Below, in pieces: positions 21,301 to 33,331 of a stretch of 64,000 nt of DNA. The position numbers and the translations under genes are program-made. Where the stretch lies: assembly GCA_963833985.1 (NCBI GenBank), contig CAWIAD010000002.1, forward strand, positions 3,776,001 to 3,840,000. The letters are read 5' to 3'. Every line of letters starts with the position of its first letter. Positions within the stretch are counted from its first letter, which is position 1. The notes below the pieces were generated by a model. That model saw only the letters and a list, made by a program, of their open reading frames with translations, was not told the DNA's origin and ran no database searches. The stretch is from an uncultured Planctomycetaceae bacterium (lineage in GTDB: Bacteria > Planctomycetota > Planctomycetia > Isosphaerales > Isosphaeraceae).

Positions 21301-22224
21301 CTCGGCGCACATCTCGCAGGTGAAAACCGGGTGGATCAGGCCGAAGCGTGCTACACCAGGGGGCTGGTCGCTCTCGGGCTCAACGACCGGGCCGCGCGCT
21401 CGCCGGTCTCGTTGCGTGAGGAGGCCACGGTACTGAGTAACCTGGGTGAGCTGCGGCGGTCCGCGGGACGCCCCGGTGCCGAGGAATCACTGCGGCGGTC
21501 CATCGCCATCTCGCAGGAACTCACCGCTCGCAAACCGGCGGCACGCGCTGATCGCCAGACGCTGGCCATTGCGCAGAACAACCTGGCGGAGGTGCTTCAG
21601 GCCGCGGGCCGCAAGGAGGAAGCACGATCCTTCTTCGCGGCCTCGATCGCCAGTCTCGAGCAACTCGCTGCTGAGAACCCCAAAGCGGTCGATACGCAGA
21701 ACTACCTGGGCTACATTTGCGAGCAGCAAGCCGGCCTGCTGAGCCAGCTCGGCCAGCCGGAACGGGCGCGGAAGTCCATCGAGTCGGCCGTTGCCCATCA
21801 GCGCCAGGCCGTGAAGCTCACTGATGGAAAAGTAGGCGCCTTCCGGCGCATGCTTGCGGGGCATCTGACGGTCCTGGCGAAGGTCTGCCTCAAGCAAGGC
21901 GCCTATGACGACGCGATCCGGGCAGCCGTCGAGATTCCCAAAGCGGCCCCGTCTTCCGAGCAAGGCCCGCTCGAAGCGGCCCGGGTTCTCGCGCGCTGCC
22001 TGGTGACCGCCCGTGAAGATCACAGGCTCGACGGAGCGCGGCGCGACGAGATCAGCCGCAGGTGCACGGGGCGCATTGCGATCTTGCTTCGCGAGGCGGT
22101 CGACGCCAACCCCAGGCTGGGCGACCGCCTGAAGGCCGACCCCGACCTGGCCCCCATCCTCGCCCGCCCCGAGTTTCAAGGCCTGCTGGGTAGCCTGGTG
22201 AACCTTGCACCCGACCGATTGTGA
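18376..22224 (+). CDS. Hanks-type Ser/Thr kinase with TM helix and long TPR C-terminus (frameshifted about 19320-19440)
   Basis: AKGGMGQV, IALKE, HPGIV, HRDLKGQN and DWG in the first ORF. GTPGFMAPEQ, DVYGLG and TPR arrays in 19462..22224. Confidence 0.85.
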
Positions 22225-22421
22225 TGACGTCGGCCTTCCGTGGACGAGAACGCAGCGGACTTGACGGTCTGCGCTCCCGGACGCAAGGTCCGCAAGAAAG
22301 AGGACAGGACGGACTGCACTCCCTAAGCGTGAGAAGGGCAGTTGTCTCGGCCGCACCGAGCAGGCAAGCCGACGATCGCATGGAACGCCTCGTCCTGCAA
22401 GGCAGGAAACGTGGCGCATGG

Positions 22422-22459
22422 AAAAGCCGGTGGTCATGGTGACAGACCCACCGGCTTTT
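22422..22459. terminator. Bidirectional intrinsic terminator
   Basis: AAAAGCCGGTGG-N14-CCACCGGCTTTT between convergent genes. Confidence 0.75.
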
Positions 22460-22492
22460 GGCAATTTACCCGCCAGGCAGCGACACCGCACT

Positions 22493-23143
22493 TCAGGCGG
22501 AGCGTCTCCAGCGTCGGAGCGAGGTGATACCGAGTGCACAGCATCCGACCAGCCCGACAATCACGAGGGACGAAGGCTCAGGCGTCACCAGGAAGCTCAC
22601 TGTGCCGCCGCCATTCTGTACTCCGCTGCTGTTGTAGCTAGCATACGTGTTCTGAATGAATTCGCCACCAGGCAACGCCGGCAGCTCGGTCGTGTCGAAA
22701 ATCTTAAAAGTACCAAGATTGACATCGCCGCTACTCGCCGTGATCGGCGTGCCTGTATAGAGGAACCCTACGTCGATCGCCGGGTAAGTAGCCGTTCCAA
22801 ACTGGGACCCGTTGACGATCAAAGGAGCGTTCGCCGTTGGATTCGCAAATCCGGGCCTCCAAGGAGAAGACAAGAACATCCCGAGAGTAACGAGCGGTTC
22901 AGCAGTGAGCGCGCCCGAGGTAACGCCGACAAGTTGCTGAACGATGAAGTAATCGTTCGTGTTTAAAGTGCTTCCATACTGAAGAGTCGCACTGAACTGG
23001 TAATACGGATTGGGATCACCCACCCCCGTATAGGAGCCCCCCGAAATCTTGATTCCTGCCTTGGCGTCCGAGCTCGGTGCCAGGACAGTTCCGAGACAAG
23101 CGAGACCTACCAGAATCCAGCGGATCGGTGCTCGGTAGCTCAT
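22493..23143 (-). CDS. PEP-CTERM sorting-domain surface protein
   Basis: Signal peptide (..SSDAKA-G), Ser/Thr/Gly-rich body, and C-terminal VTPEPSSLVIVGLVGCCALGITSLRRWRR. Confidence 0.9.
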   Translation of the reverse strand: MSYRAPIRWILVGLACLGTVLAPSSDAKAGIKISGGSYTGVGDPNPYYQFSATLQYGSTLNTNDYFIVQQLVGVTSGALTAEPLVTLGMFLSSPWRPGFANPTANAPLIVNGSQFGTATYPAIDVGFLYTGTPITASSGDVNLGTFKIFDTTELPALPGGEFIQNTYASYNSSGVQNGGGTVSFLVTPEPSSLVIVGLVGCCALGITSLRRWRRSA

Positions 23144-23516
23144 CTGTAAAGCCGTTTCGCAGGAGAGTGAACTTAGCACAAGAACTCATGCATCAAAACA
23201 ATCCGGATCGTAGCCAACCTGTCGCCGGAATTCAAGACTTTTTCCCCAATTCCAGAACGCCGAGCAAGACCGGCCGAGTTCATGTTGCACCCTGGCATCA
23301 TTCCTCAACGTGGCGCGCTGAACGGCCAGATCCGCGATGGGCGCGTCAACTGAATTCGTGTTTGCGCGACTCGACTTCGGCACCTGATGAAATTTCGTAC
23401 AGGATGGATTGCAGGCGGGAAGCCGAAACTGCTATTGTACTCTCTGCCAGACCTGATTTGATTTGTCGGATAATCTCGGGATTGCTGGATTTAGGGACAG
23501 GGACGAGAGCCAAGCG

Positions 23517-26072
23517 ATGGCCAAGAGGAACCGCCGGGGCGGTCAGGATCAGCCGGGGAGGTCTCGGCGCGACGGATTCATCGAGGACCTGCCTCTGGCG
23601 GAAGCGGCTCGCACGCGGTACCTCAATTACGCGCTCAGCGTGATCACGTCACGGGCGCTGCCAGACGTCCGCGACGGCCTTAAACCGGTGCAGCGGCGCA
23701 TCTTGTACGCAATGTGGTCGGATTTGCACCTCTCGGCGGAGAGCCGCTACACGAAGTCGGCCGCCGTCGTCGGCGAGGTCATGAAGACCTACCATCCCCA
23801 CGGTGACCAGTCCATCTACGACGCGCTCGTACGCATGGCGCAGCCGTTCAGCCTGCGCCAGCCGCTGGTGGAAGGTTACGGTAATTTCGGCTCCATCGAC
23901 GGCGATCCGCCGGCCGCCATGCGGTACACGGAGTGCCGGCTCACCGCCATCGCCGGAACCCTCCTGAGCGAGCTGCGCGACCAGACGGTCAATTTCCGGC
24001 CCAACTACGCTTCCACGGCCGAGGAGCCCGAGGTCCTGCCGGCCCAGTTTCCCAACCTTCTCGTCAACGGCGCATCGGGTATCGCCGTTGGCATGGCCAC
24101 CAATATTCCTCCGCATAATCTCAGGGAGGTGTGCGCGGCGCTCGTTGCCCTGCTCGATAACCGCGAGCTGCCGCTCGAACGGCTGCTCAAGTTCATCCAC
24201 GGGCCCGACTTCCCCACCGGGGGAGTGATTCTCAATACGGCCGAGGAGATCCGCCAGATCTATGCCACGGGGCAGGGGTCCATCAAGCTCCGCGGCACCT
24301 ATGTTCCGCATCCCGACCGCCACAATGCCGTGCTCATCACGTCGATTCCCTACGGCATCGAGAAGGATGCCCTGGTCGAACGCATTGGCGAATTGATCGG
24401 CAAGGGGCAGGTCCCGCAGCTCGTCAACGTCAAGGACCTGAGCACCGATGACATCCGCATCGTACTCGAGCTGAGGCCCGGTTCCAGCCCCGACGCCGCG
24501 CTGGCCTACCTCTTCAAGAATACGGCGCTTCAGGTCAACTACGGCGTGAATCTCACGTGCCTGCTGCCCGCCGAGGGTGCCGAGGTTGCGGTTCCAAGCC
24601 GGCTCGATCTGACGTCCATCCTCCAGCACTTCCTCGATTTCCGCATGGAAGTGGTGGTCCGACGCCTGCAATTCGAGCTCAAGAATCTGCTCGACCGGAT
24701 CCACATCCTCGAAGGCTTCGCGATCGTCTTCAAGAACCTTGATGAGGCCATCCAGATCATCCGCAACAGCGACGGCAAGGCCGACGCCGCACCCAAGCTG
24801 ATGGCCAGGTTCTCCCTGAGCGACATCCAGGCCGACGCCATCCTCGAGACCAAGCTCTACCGCCTGGGCAAGCTGGAAATCAAGGACATCCTGAACGAGC
24901 TCAAGGACAAGCGGAAGCGGGCCGCGGAGATCAAGGAGCTGCTGAACGACGAGCCGGCACGGTGGATGGTCATCAAGACGGAGTTGAAGCAGATCAGCAA
25001 GACCTTCGGCGAGCCGCGGCGCACGCTCGTCGAGGCGCCCACGGCGCCCGTCGAGTTCCGCGAGGAAGATTACATCGTCGATGAGGACGCGTGGGTAATC
25101 ATCACGCGCGACGGCTGGACGAAGCGCCAGCGCTCCTTCGCGGACGTCGCCAGCATTCGCGTCCGCGACAATGATGCGGTGGGCTGGATCTATCGCGCAC
25201 GGGCACGGCAAACCGTCACCTTTTTCACGGATCGCGGCATCGCCTATACCCTGCGCGTCAATGACATCCCACTGACCACCGGCCACGGCGAGCCGATCCA
25301 GAAGCAATTCGCCTTCGAGGACCAGGAGCACATCGTCGGCGTGATCTGCCACGACCCGCGCTGCCTGCCCGACCCGAGCAAGCACGCCCAGACACCTCCC
25401 CGGCTGGTGCAACGGCTCTTCGACGTGGATGCCGACGGCGAGGCGGCCGAGGGCGCTGCCGGCGGCGCGAACGGCCAGGCCAACGGACATGCCGACGGCA
25501 ACGGCAACGGCTCTGCCCCGGCTCTACCGCCTCCTCCCTACGCCATCGCGCTGACGGCCGGCGGCAAGGTCTTGCGGTTCTCGCTGGCGCCTCTGGCCGC
25601 GGTCTCCACGCGCAAGGGGCGGATCATCGCGCGGCTCGATCCGACCTTCAAGGACGATGTCGTCGTCGGGGTCGAAGCCACCGACGGGTCCGAGAACGTT
25701 TGCCTGGCCACCAGGTCCGCACGCGTACTCATCTTCCCCGTCACCGAAGCCAACGTGGTCGCCGGCGCAGCCCGTGGAGTTGTGGGCATCAAGCTGGAGC
25801 CCAAGGACCGCGTGATCGGGTTCGTGCTCGCCAACCGAAAGCGTGAAGGGCTGACCGTCCGGACCAACCGCGGCGCGACCCAGATCGTCCGGGCCACGAA
25901 GTACCCGGTCACGGGTCGTGGCGGCCGCGGTTACGCCATCCTCCAGCGCGGTTCGCTGGATGCCGTCGTCCCCGCCGAGCCCGAGCCGATTCCGTCGCAG
26001 GAGCAGGTGGGCGACCCCGAGGCCAGGCCCCGACCCGACGAACCGAATGCGCCCTTGCCGGGGTTCGAGTAA
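23517..26072 (+). CDS. parC: Type IIA topoisomerase subunit A (ParC/topo IV-like)
   Basis: [35 protein letters not shown], catalytic [21 protein letters not shown] and GPDFPTG motifs. Short C-terminal domain without a GyrA-box in the first blade. The parC versus gyrA choice is an inference. Confidence 0.8.
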   Translation: MAKRNRRGGQDQPGRSRRDGFIEDLPLAEAARTRYLNYALSVITSRALPDVRDGLKPVQRRILYAMWSDLHLSAESRYTKSAAVVGEVMKTYHPHGDQSIYDALVRMAQPFSLRQPLVEGYGNFGSIDGDPPAAMRYTECRLTAIAGTLLSELRDQTVNFRPNYASTAEEPEVLPAQFPNLLVNGASGIAVGMATNIPPHNLREVCAALVALLDNRELPLERLLKFIHGPDFPTGGVILNTAEEIRQIYATGQGSIKLRGTYVPHPDRHNAVLITSIPYGIEKDALVERIGELIGKGQVPQLVNVKDLSTDDIRIVLELRPGSSPDAALAYLFKNTALQVNYGVNLTCLLPAEGAEVAVPSRLDLTSILQHFLDFRMEVVVRRLQFELKNLLDRIHILEGFAIVFKNLDEAIQIIRNSDGKADAAPKLMARFSLSDIQADAILETKLYRLGKLEIKDILNELKDKRKRAAEIKELLNDEPARWMVIKTELKQISKTFGEPRRTLVEAPTAPVEFREEDYIVDEDAWVIITRDGWTKRQRSFADVASIRVRDNDAVGWIYRARARQTVTFFTDRGIAYTLRVNDIPLTTGHGEPIQKQFAFEDQEHIVGVICHDPRCLPDPSKHAQTPPRLVQRLFDVDADGEAAEGAAGGANGQANGHADGNGNGSAPALPPPPYAIALTAGGKVLRFSLAPLAAVSTRKGRIIARLDPTFKDDVVVGVEATDGSENVCLATRSARVLIFPVTEANVVAGAARGVVGIKLEPKDRVIGFVLANRKREGLTVRTNRGATQIVRATKYPVTGRGGRGYAILQRGSLDAVVPAEPEPIPSQEQVGDPEARPRPDEPNAPLPGFE

Positions 26073-26155
26073 GGCGTAACCGGACCTTGCCAGCAGACCC
26101 GACGAACTTCCACTACTCGGCGGTGCTCGAGAGTTAAGGACGAAAGCGAAGGACC

Positions 26156-28084
26156 ATGGCGAACGGATCTTCGACTTATAACGCGAAATCGATCACGGTG
26201 CTGGAGGGCCTGGAGGCCGTCCGCCGCCGGCCGGGCATGTATATCGGCGGAGTGGACAAGGCGGGGCTGCACCACCTGCTCTGGGAGATCGTCGACAACG
26301 CCGTGGACGAGGTGATGAACGGGCACGCCAGCCGCATCGTCGTCACCCTCCAGACCGACGGCAAGACCATCTCGGTGGCGGACAACGGCCGCGGCATCCC
26401 CGTCGACATCCACCCGAAGACGGGCAAAAGCGCGCTGGAGGTCATCTTCACGACCCTGCACGCCGGCGGCAAGTTCGACAACGACGCCTACAAGGTGGCC
26501 GGAGGCTTGCACGGCGTGGGGGCCAGCGTGGTCAACGCCCTCTCCAGGAGCCTCATTGCCGAGGTTCGCCGCGACGGCACAACGTATATGCAGAAGTACC
26601 GCAGGGGCAAGCCGCAGGGCGACATCGAGCAGGGTGAGCCGTCGCGCGGGTCCGGAACGACGGTGACCTTCACGCCCGATCCGGAGATCTTCCAGGCACT
26701 CGACTACGACCCCGCGCTCATCGCCGAGCGGCTCGACGTGAAGACCTACCTGAACAAGGGCCTGGTGATCCAGTTTGTGGATCAGAAGAACAAGACGAGC
26801 GTTGAGTTCCGCCACGACGGCGGCGTGGCCGACTTCCTCGACGCCATCCACACCCAGCGGCAGGACCAGAAAGTGGCGCCCTTGCCGTTTGTCCTGGAGC
26901 GCGAGGACGACGAGGACGGCGTGCGCTGCCACCTGGCGCTGGCCTGGACCGAGGCGACCGACGAGGACATCCGCTCGTTCGTGAACACGATCCCCACGCG
27001 CGATGGAGGGACCCACGAACTGGGCATGCTCTCGGCCGTGGGCACGGCCGTGCTCCGGTTCATGGAAACGCACGACCTGCTGAAGAAGGGCGTCGAGATC
27101 AAGCGGGAAGACATCCGGGAGGGGCTCACGGCCGTGCTGGCCATCTGCGTGCGTGAGCCGCAGTTCCAGGGCCAGACCAAGGGACGGCTGAACAACCCCG
27201 AGGTCCGCGCCCAGGTGGAGTCGATGGTCCGCCCCGCGCTCGAGAACTTCCTGCTCAAGAACAAGAGTGTGGGCGACGCCATCGCCAACCGGGTGCTCCA
27301 GGCGGCCCGCGCGCGTGAGGCCAGCCGCGCCGCCGCCTCCCAGGTGCGCCGCAAGACGGCCGTCGGCGGCCGGCTCAACCTGCCCGGCAAGCTTGCCGAC
27401 TGCGACAGCACCGATCCGGACTACTCGGAGATCTTCATCGTCGAGGGCGACAGCGCGGGCGGCTCGGCCAAGCAGGGCCGCGACCGCGACATCCAGGCCA
27501 TCCTCCCCCTCCGCGGCAAGGTGCTCAACGCCGAGCAAGCGGGCAAGGCCAAGGTCCTGGACAACAAGGAGCTCACCGACCTGATCAGCGCGCTGGGCTG
27601 CGGCCTGGACGATCAGTTCGACCTCTCCCGCCTGCGCTACGGCAAGATCATTCTGCTGACCGACGCCGACAGCGACGGACACCACATCGCGACCCTGCTG
27701 CTCACCTTCTTCTACCGGCACGTCCCCGGACTCTTCGCGGACGGCCGAATCTACCTGGCCTGTCCGCCCCTGTACCGGATTGGCTGGGGCAAGGAGATTT
27801 ACTGGGCCTCCGACGACGCCCACCGCGACCGCATCCTCGCCAAGCTGCCGAAGAACGCCAAACCGAACATCACCCGCTTCAAGGGACTCGGCGAGATGCC
27901 CGCGAAGCTTCTCTTCGAGACCACGCTCAACCCGGAAACGCGCCGCCTGCTGCGCGTGGTGATCAACGAGGACGACCGGCCTTACACCGAGCGCACCGTC
28001 AGCGACCTGATGGGCAAGGAGCCCGAAGCGCGGTTCAAGTTCATCATGGAAGAAGCCTACACGGCCAAGGATATCGACATTTGA
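26156..28084 (+). CDS. parE: Type IIA topoisomerase subunit B (ParE/GyrB)
   Basis: [51 protein letters not shown] and RFKGLGEM motifs. 642 aa. Confidence 0.8.
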   Translation: MANGSSTYNAKSITVLEGLEAVRRRPGMYIGGVDKAGLHHLLWEIVDNAVDEVMNGHASRIVVTLQTDGKTISVADNGRGIPVDIHPKTGKSALEVIFTTLHAGGKFDNDAYKVAGGLHGVGASVVNALSRSLIAEVRRDGTTYMQKYRRGKPQGDIEQGEPSRGSGTTVTFTPDPEIFQALDYDPALIAERLDVKTYLNKGLVIQFVDQKNKTSVEFRHDGGVADFLDAIHTQRQDQKVAPLPFVLEREDDEDGVRCHLALAWTEATDEDIRSFVNTIPTRDGGTHELGMLSAVGTAVLRFMETHDLLKKGVEIKREDIREGLTAVLAICVREPQFQGQTKGRLNNPEVRAQVESMVRPALENFLLKNKSVGDAIANRVLQAARAREASRAAASQVRRKTAVGGRLNLPGKLADCDSTDPDYSEIFIVEGDSAGGSAKQGRDRDIQAILPLRGKVLNAEQAGKAKVLDNKELTDLISALGCGLDDQFDLSRLRYGKIILLTDADSDGHHIATLLLTFFYRHVPGLFADGRIYLACPPLYRIGWGKEIYWASDDAHRDRILAKLPKNAKPNITRFKGLGEMPAKLLFETTLNPETRRLLRVVINEDDRPYTERTVSDLMGKEPEARFKFIMEEAYTAKDIDI

Positions 28085-28129
28085 GGTGCGCGTGCCGACT
28101 GGCCAGTCGCGGCAGAACGGGACTCATCG

Positions 28130-30058
28130 ATGACGACGAGAAGCCGGCCGCGATTCTGGGAGTGGATCGTCAGCCTGCTGATTCTCCTGGGCCTGGGGGT
28201 CCTCGCCCTGGGCATCTACCATCGTGCCGGGCGGCCCGACCCGCTCGCGGCTGCCCGCCTGGCCTACGAGCGCGGGGACTGGCCGCGCGCGGCGAGCCTG
28301 GCGCGTGAGCGTCTCCAGTCCGGCAAGGAGGATCCGGCGGCGCTGCGGCTGCTGGCCCGCTCGTCAATCCGCATGGGCCGTGATGCGGCCGGGGCAACCC
28401 TTTATCGTGAACGCCTGCCGGACGCCGCAAACGATTCAGAAGACGCCTTTCTGATCGGCCTCTCCGCCGGCCGCATGGGCGACGAGGCCCGGCGCTGGCC
28501 GTCTGGTCGAAGGCGGCAGAAGCCGGCGACCATCCGGAAACCCTCATGGCGCTGGCCAACCTGCTCTCGCGCATGCAGCGCTTCGATGAGTCCGCCAGGC
28601 TCGCCGAGCGTCTGGCGCGCGTTCCCGGCTGGGAGGCCGCGGGCTTCATGCTGCTGGGCACCAACCGCTTCTCGGTCGAGGACCACGCCGGCGCAAGCGA
28701 GGCGCTCCAGCGCGGTCTCGAGCTCGATCCGGAAGCTGCCAGGGCGCCTCTGGAACCGGCCGAGTATCGCAAGCTGCTGGCGCGCTGCCTGCTCCACCTG
28801 GGCCGGGCGGACAAGGCCGATCACTGGCTTGAACCTCTTCTTGTCGCTCCGGCGGGCAAGCCTGTCGATCTTGAAGCCGCCTGGCTCGCGAGCCGCTCGG
28901 CGCTCCAGCAAAAACAGCCCGATCGGTTCCGGACCGAGCTGGGCCGGTCCGGAGTCTATCGCACCGAGAACCCGCTCCAGCCCGAGCCGGCCCTCTACAC
29001 GGGATCGGACCGATGCGCGCGCTGCCATGCCGACGTCGCGCGGACACACGCGACCACGCGGCACGCACGCACGTTTCACCGCGGCCAGGCACTGCTCGCG
29101 TTGCCGCGGCCGGAAAAGCCGTTGCCCGATCCCGACGATCCCGCCGTGCGGCACGCCTTCGCCCTGGAACGGAACCGGCTCGTCATCAAGAGCCTTATCG
29201 AACCCAAGCTCTACGAGCTGGTGCTCGCGTACGCGTTCGGCACCACGGACCGGTACTTGACCATGATCGGCCGCGATGGCGATGGTGGTGGCGGCGATGG
29301 CGCCGGCACCTGGCGCGTCACGCCTGTCGTACTTCCACGGTCAGGGGCAATCGGGCTGGGGCAGGACCTCGGGAGACGTGGGCACCTCGGGTGTGGACAG
29401 CCTGCGCGGACAGACGATCTCCGTTCGCGACGGCGTGGTCCGGTGCCTTCAATGCCATGTCACCAATCCGCGGCAGTTTCGCAATCCCGACGCGATCGGT
29501 CCCGGTCCCGAAGCGGCCGACGCGGGCATTGGCTGCGAGCGCTGCCATGGGCCTGGCGGGAACCACGTGCTCGCGGTGGAGAATGACCTGGCCGACCGAG
29601 CGCTCATCAACATCGGTCCAGGCGCGGGCGAGGCCGCCACCGTGCAATGCCGCGACTGCCACGTGGTTGGCGACGCGTCCGAGATCCGCAACCGCCGCGA
29701 AGAGCCAATCTGGGTCCGCTCGCCGGGCATCACCCTCACCTTCAGCCGGTGCTACACGGAATCTTCAGGAGCGTTGAGCTGCCTGACCTGCCACGACCCG
29801 CATCGCGACGCCGAGCGATCCGCCGCGTTCTACGAGCGGAAATGCCTGGCGTGCCACGGGGCTTCCGGGACCGCAGCCGGGCCAGGCGCGGCAGCCACCA
29901 CCCGCACGGTGGTCTGCAAGGTGAACCCCGCGCGTGACTGCCTGAACTGCCACATGCCCAGGGTCCCCATGCCCGTGCTCCACACCGGGCTCACCGACCA
30001 CTTCATCCGCGTGCACCAGGAAGGCACGAGCGGGCCGGCAGCTCCCACCCCGCACTGA
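28130..30058 (+). CDS. TPR plus multiheme c-type cytochrome (7 CxxCH), frameshifted near 28490 and 29320
   Basis: N-terminal TM helix and TPRs, then [43 protein letters not shown] and a TDH motif. Confidence 0.8.
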
Positions 30059-30979
30059 GAGGGAGTTCGGAAACTTGGGTGGGCTGGACAGATTTTCTGA
30101 ATTGAGCAGAATCTTCTCAGGGGAAGGGTAGTCATCGAACAAGGGCGGAGCCCGATCATGGACGAGCGCACGGCGCGGAAGGCGTATGAGAGCGATCTTA
30201 CTGACGAAGAGTGGAGGATTGTCGAACCGCTCCTTCCTGCAGGGAAGTTCGGCGGCCGGCCGCGCACTACAAACATCCGCGAGGTGCTCAATGCGGTCTT
30301 CTACTTGTTGCGAACGGGATGCGCCTGGCGACTCTTGCCCCACGACTTTCCACCGGCGGGCACAGTCTACGATTACTTTCGAGCGTGGTCCCGTGACGGA
30401 ACTCTCCAACGAGTTCACGACATTCTTCGTCGACGGGTTCGTGTTGCAGCGGGCCGAAACGAGGAGCCCAGCGCGGCGTGCATTGACAGCCAATCGGCAA
30501 AGACAAACGAGCAAGGGGGGATCGATGGATACGATGCCGGGAAGAAGATCATGGGTGCAAGCGTCACATCCTGGTGGACACCATGGGGCTGATTCTGGCT
30601 GTGGTCGTTCATTCGGCAGGTATCCAGGATCGGGACGGGGCGAAGGCAGTTTTCGATGCGATCAGGAACGACCTGCCACGGCTGCAGTTGGTCTGGGCCG
30701 ACGGCGGCTACGCAGGCAAATTGGTGGAGTGGGTCAAGAGCGAGTGTGGTTGGGTCCTGGAGATCGTGAAACGAACGGACGACGTCAAGGGTTTTAAGCT
30801 CCTGCCCCACCGCTGGGTCGTGGAGCGAACCTTCGCCTGGTTGGGACGGTTTCGCCGAATGAGCAAGGATTATGAGTTCCATCCAGAAACGTCAGCGTCA
30901 ATGATTCATCTTGCTATGATCAACATTATGGTGCGTCGGCTTGCTGCTGCCTAAACCGCGCAACTTTCCAAACTCCCTC
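30059..30979 (+). mobile_element. IS5-family insertion sequence (IS1031-like), 921 bp
   Basis: Inverted repeats GAGGGAGTTCGGAAACTTG and GAGGGAGTTTGGAAAGTTG (17/19 identical). Flanking TGA duplication at 30056-58 and 30980-82. Confidence 0.92.
30158..30954 (+). CDS. IS5-family DDE transposase (1-nt frameshift at about 30556)
   Basis: [51 protein letters not shown] and [11 protein letters not shown] motifs. Confidence 0.92.
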
Positions 30980-31102
30980 TGAGATCGGCGCCGGACGCCG
31001 GGCTCTCTCCGAGTCGAAGCGCCGTGGAACTTCCAGAGGTTCTGGCTGGCCGCGGCCGCTGGGCTCAGGCGTTCGCGAGCCAGTGTCTGCGACATTCTGC
31101 CT

Positions 31103-32357
31103 TCAAAACCTGCTCATTCGATAGGGGCGAGGGTCGATGAAGGGATCTTCGCCTGCGAGCATCTGCGAGACGAGCTTGCCGGTGGCCGGCGCCATCGACA
31201 GGCCAAGCATGTTATGACCGGCGGCGACGTAGACATTGTCCATGGCCGGAGAGCGATCGATGATCGGCAGGCTGTCCCAGGTCATCGGCCGCCAGCCGTA
31301 CCACTGCTCCTCGATGGGCTCGCATTCGGGCTCGCGCAGGTAGGGCGCAGCGCCCTCGTGGAGAAGCTGGAGCCGCGCGGGATTGATGGATGTATCATAG
31401 CCGGAGAACTCCATCGTCGAGCCAATCCGGTAGCCGGTCTGGAACGGGGTGACGACGACGCGGGTCTCTGGAAAGATGATGGGCAGGCTCGGGCAGATGG
31501 ACGGCCTGGGCATGGTGAGGCTGTAGCCCTTGCCCGGCTGGATGGGAACCTTGCCGCCAAGCTCGAGGTTGAGCGTGGGCGTCCAGGCACCGGTGGCGAC
31601 GACGAAGGCGTCGGCCGCCAGTCCCTCTTCTTCCGTGAGTGCGGCGAGCGCCTTGCCGTTCTGACGGCGGAATCCTGCGCAGTCCGTTGTTCTCGCGGAT
31701 CTCGGCGCCGCCGGCCGCCAGCAGTGCGCGCCATGAGCGCATCAGCGTTTCGGGGCGCAGATGGGCGTCGTCTTCGTAATACCAGCCGCCGGCCAGGCCC
31801 GGCTTGAGCGCGGGCTCAAGCTCCGTGACGGCGTCGCCGTCGAACCGGCGGGCCGGGCAGTGGAAGGAGCCGGCAAGCAGGCGATCGGTGGCTGCATAGG
31901 CATCCATCTCCTGGGGCGAGCGGTAAGCAAAGAGCAGGCCCTTCTTCTGCCACTCGCAGCTCAGTGATTCGCGGTCGATCAGCTCGCCGTACAGCTCCAG
32001 CGAGGATTCCAGGAGTGCCTGGATGCCCTTGCCGGCTTCCATCATGTCGCGGCGGTTGCAGCGCAGGGCGAAATGGACGAGCCACGACCAGAGCGCCGGG
32101 TCCATACGGAACTTGATCGCCAGCGGCGAATTCTTCTGGAAGAGGGTGGCCAGGCCCTTGGCCACCATGCCCGGTTCGGCCATGGGCAGGACGTGGCTGG
32201 GGCACACGAGCCCGCAGTTGCCGTGTGACGACCCCCCGCCGAAGGTGCCCTTCTCGACGACGGTGACCTTCCAGCCCGATTTCAGCAGGTAGTAGGCGCA
32301 TGCGGTGCCGATGACTCCACCGCCGATCACGACCACGTGCCTGGAAGAATTGCTCAT
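31103..32357 (-). CDS. FAD-dependent D-amino acid (D-hydroxyproline) dehydrogenase, DadA family (frameshift at about 31680)
   Basis: [35 protein letters not shown] and [14 protein letters not shown] motifs. Adjacent to the epimerase. Confidence 0.85.
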
Positions 32358-33307
32358 GAGCGAATTCCTAGCGCAAAGGGATCGTGCGGATCGATGATCA
32401 GGGTGGCCTCGGCCGTGATGTAGGCCGAGCCCTTGATCCGCGGCAAAACCTTGCCCTCGGCGATCCGCACCGATCCGTCGAAGACGCTGCCGATGAGACT
32501 TTCCTGCCGCCAGACTTGTCCCGGCGCCAGCTTCCCGTCGGCCGCCAGACATGCGAGCTTGGCGCTGGTGCCGGTGCCGCAGGGAGAGCGGTCGAACGCC
32601 TTGCCGGGGCAGAGTACGAAGTTCTTGCTGTGGGCCCCGGGGACGGTGGGCGGGCCGAAGAGCTCGATGTGGTCGATCTCGCCGCCGTCGTCGCCGGTGG
32701 TCCCCTGTGCGTTCAGTGCCTGGCGGATGCGCCAGGTGATGTCGGTGAGCCGGTCGGAGTGTGCCAGGTCGATCGTCTCACCATGCTCCTGCACCAGGAA
32801 GAACCAGTTGCCGCCCCAGGCCACGTCGCCCAGGTAGGTGCGCAGGCCGGGCACATTGACCGGCACGTCCTTGGCGGTGCGGTAGCTCGGCACGTTGTCG
32901 ATGCTCACATGGTTCGGCTCGTCGATCGCGAAGGCCACCACGCCCACGGGCGTCTCCAGCTTGTGCGTTCCGGGGCCGATCCGGCCCAGGTGCGCCAGCG
33001 TCACAGCCACGCCGATGGTGCCGTGGCCGCACATTCCCAGGTAGCCGACGTTGTTGAAGAAGATGACCCCCGCGGCGCACGAGGGGTCGACGGGCGGGCA
33101 GAGCAGGGCACCCACCAGCACGTCCGAGCCGCGCGGTTCGTTCACCACCGCCGAGCGGAATGAGTCGTGCCGCGCGCGGAAGACGGCCAGCCGCTCGGCC
33201 ATGGTTCCCTGGCCCAGAACAGGGCCGCCCGCGACCACCACCCGCGTCGGCTCGCCGCCGGTGTGCGAATCAATCACCTGCACGCGGTTCTTTTCCAGCG
33301 CCGCCAT
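32354..33307 (-). CDS. 4-hydroxyproline 2-epimerase (proline racemase family)
   Basis: [11 protein letters not shown], plus both catalytic cysteine motifs MCGHG and [11 protein letters not shown]. Confidence 0.9.
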   Translation of the reverse strand: MAALEKNRVQVIDSHTGGEPTRVVVAGGPVLGQGTMAERLAVFRARHDSFRSAVVNEPRGSDVLVGALLCPPVDPSCAAGVIFFNNVGYLGMCGHGTIGVAVTLAHLGRIGPGTHKLETPVGVVAFAIDEPNHVSIDNVPSYRTAKDVPVNVPGLRTYLGDVAWGGNWFFLVQEHGETIDLAHSDRLTDITWRIRQALNAQGTTGDDGGEIDHIELFGPPTVPGAHSKNFVLCPGKAFDRSPCGTGTSAKLACLAADGKLAPGQVWRQESLIGSVFDGSVRIAEGKVLPRIKGSAYITAEATLIIDPHDPFALGIRS

Positions 33308-33331
33308 GGTCTCTCCTTCTGGGTGTCCGCC

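Noticed and set aside
23649..27823. Long antisense ORFs (613 aa, 630 aa, and similar ones elsewhere)
   Set aside because: These are shadow ORFs opposite well-supported genes, as expected from high-GC codon bias.
30530..30580. Programmed frameshift in the IS5 transposase
   Set aside because: There is no slippery A-run at the break, and one added base restores the single-ORF motif KKIMGRKRH.
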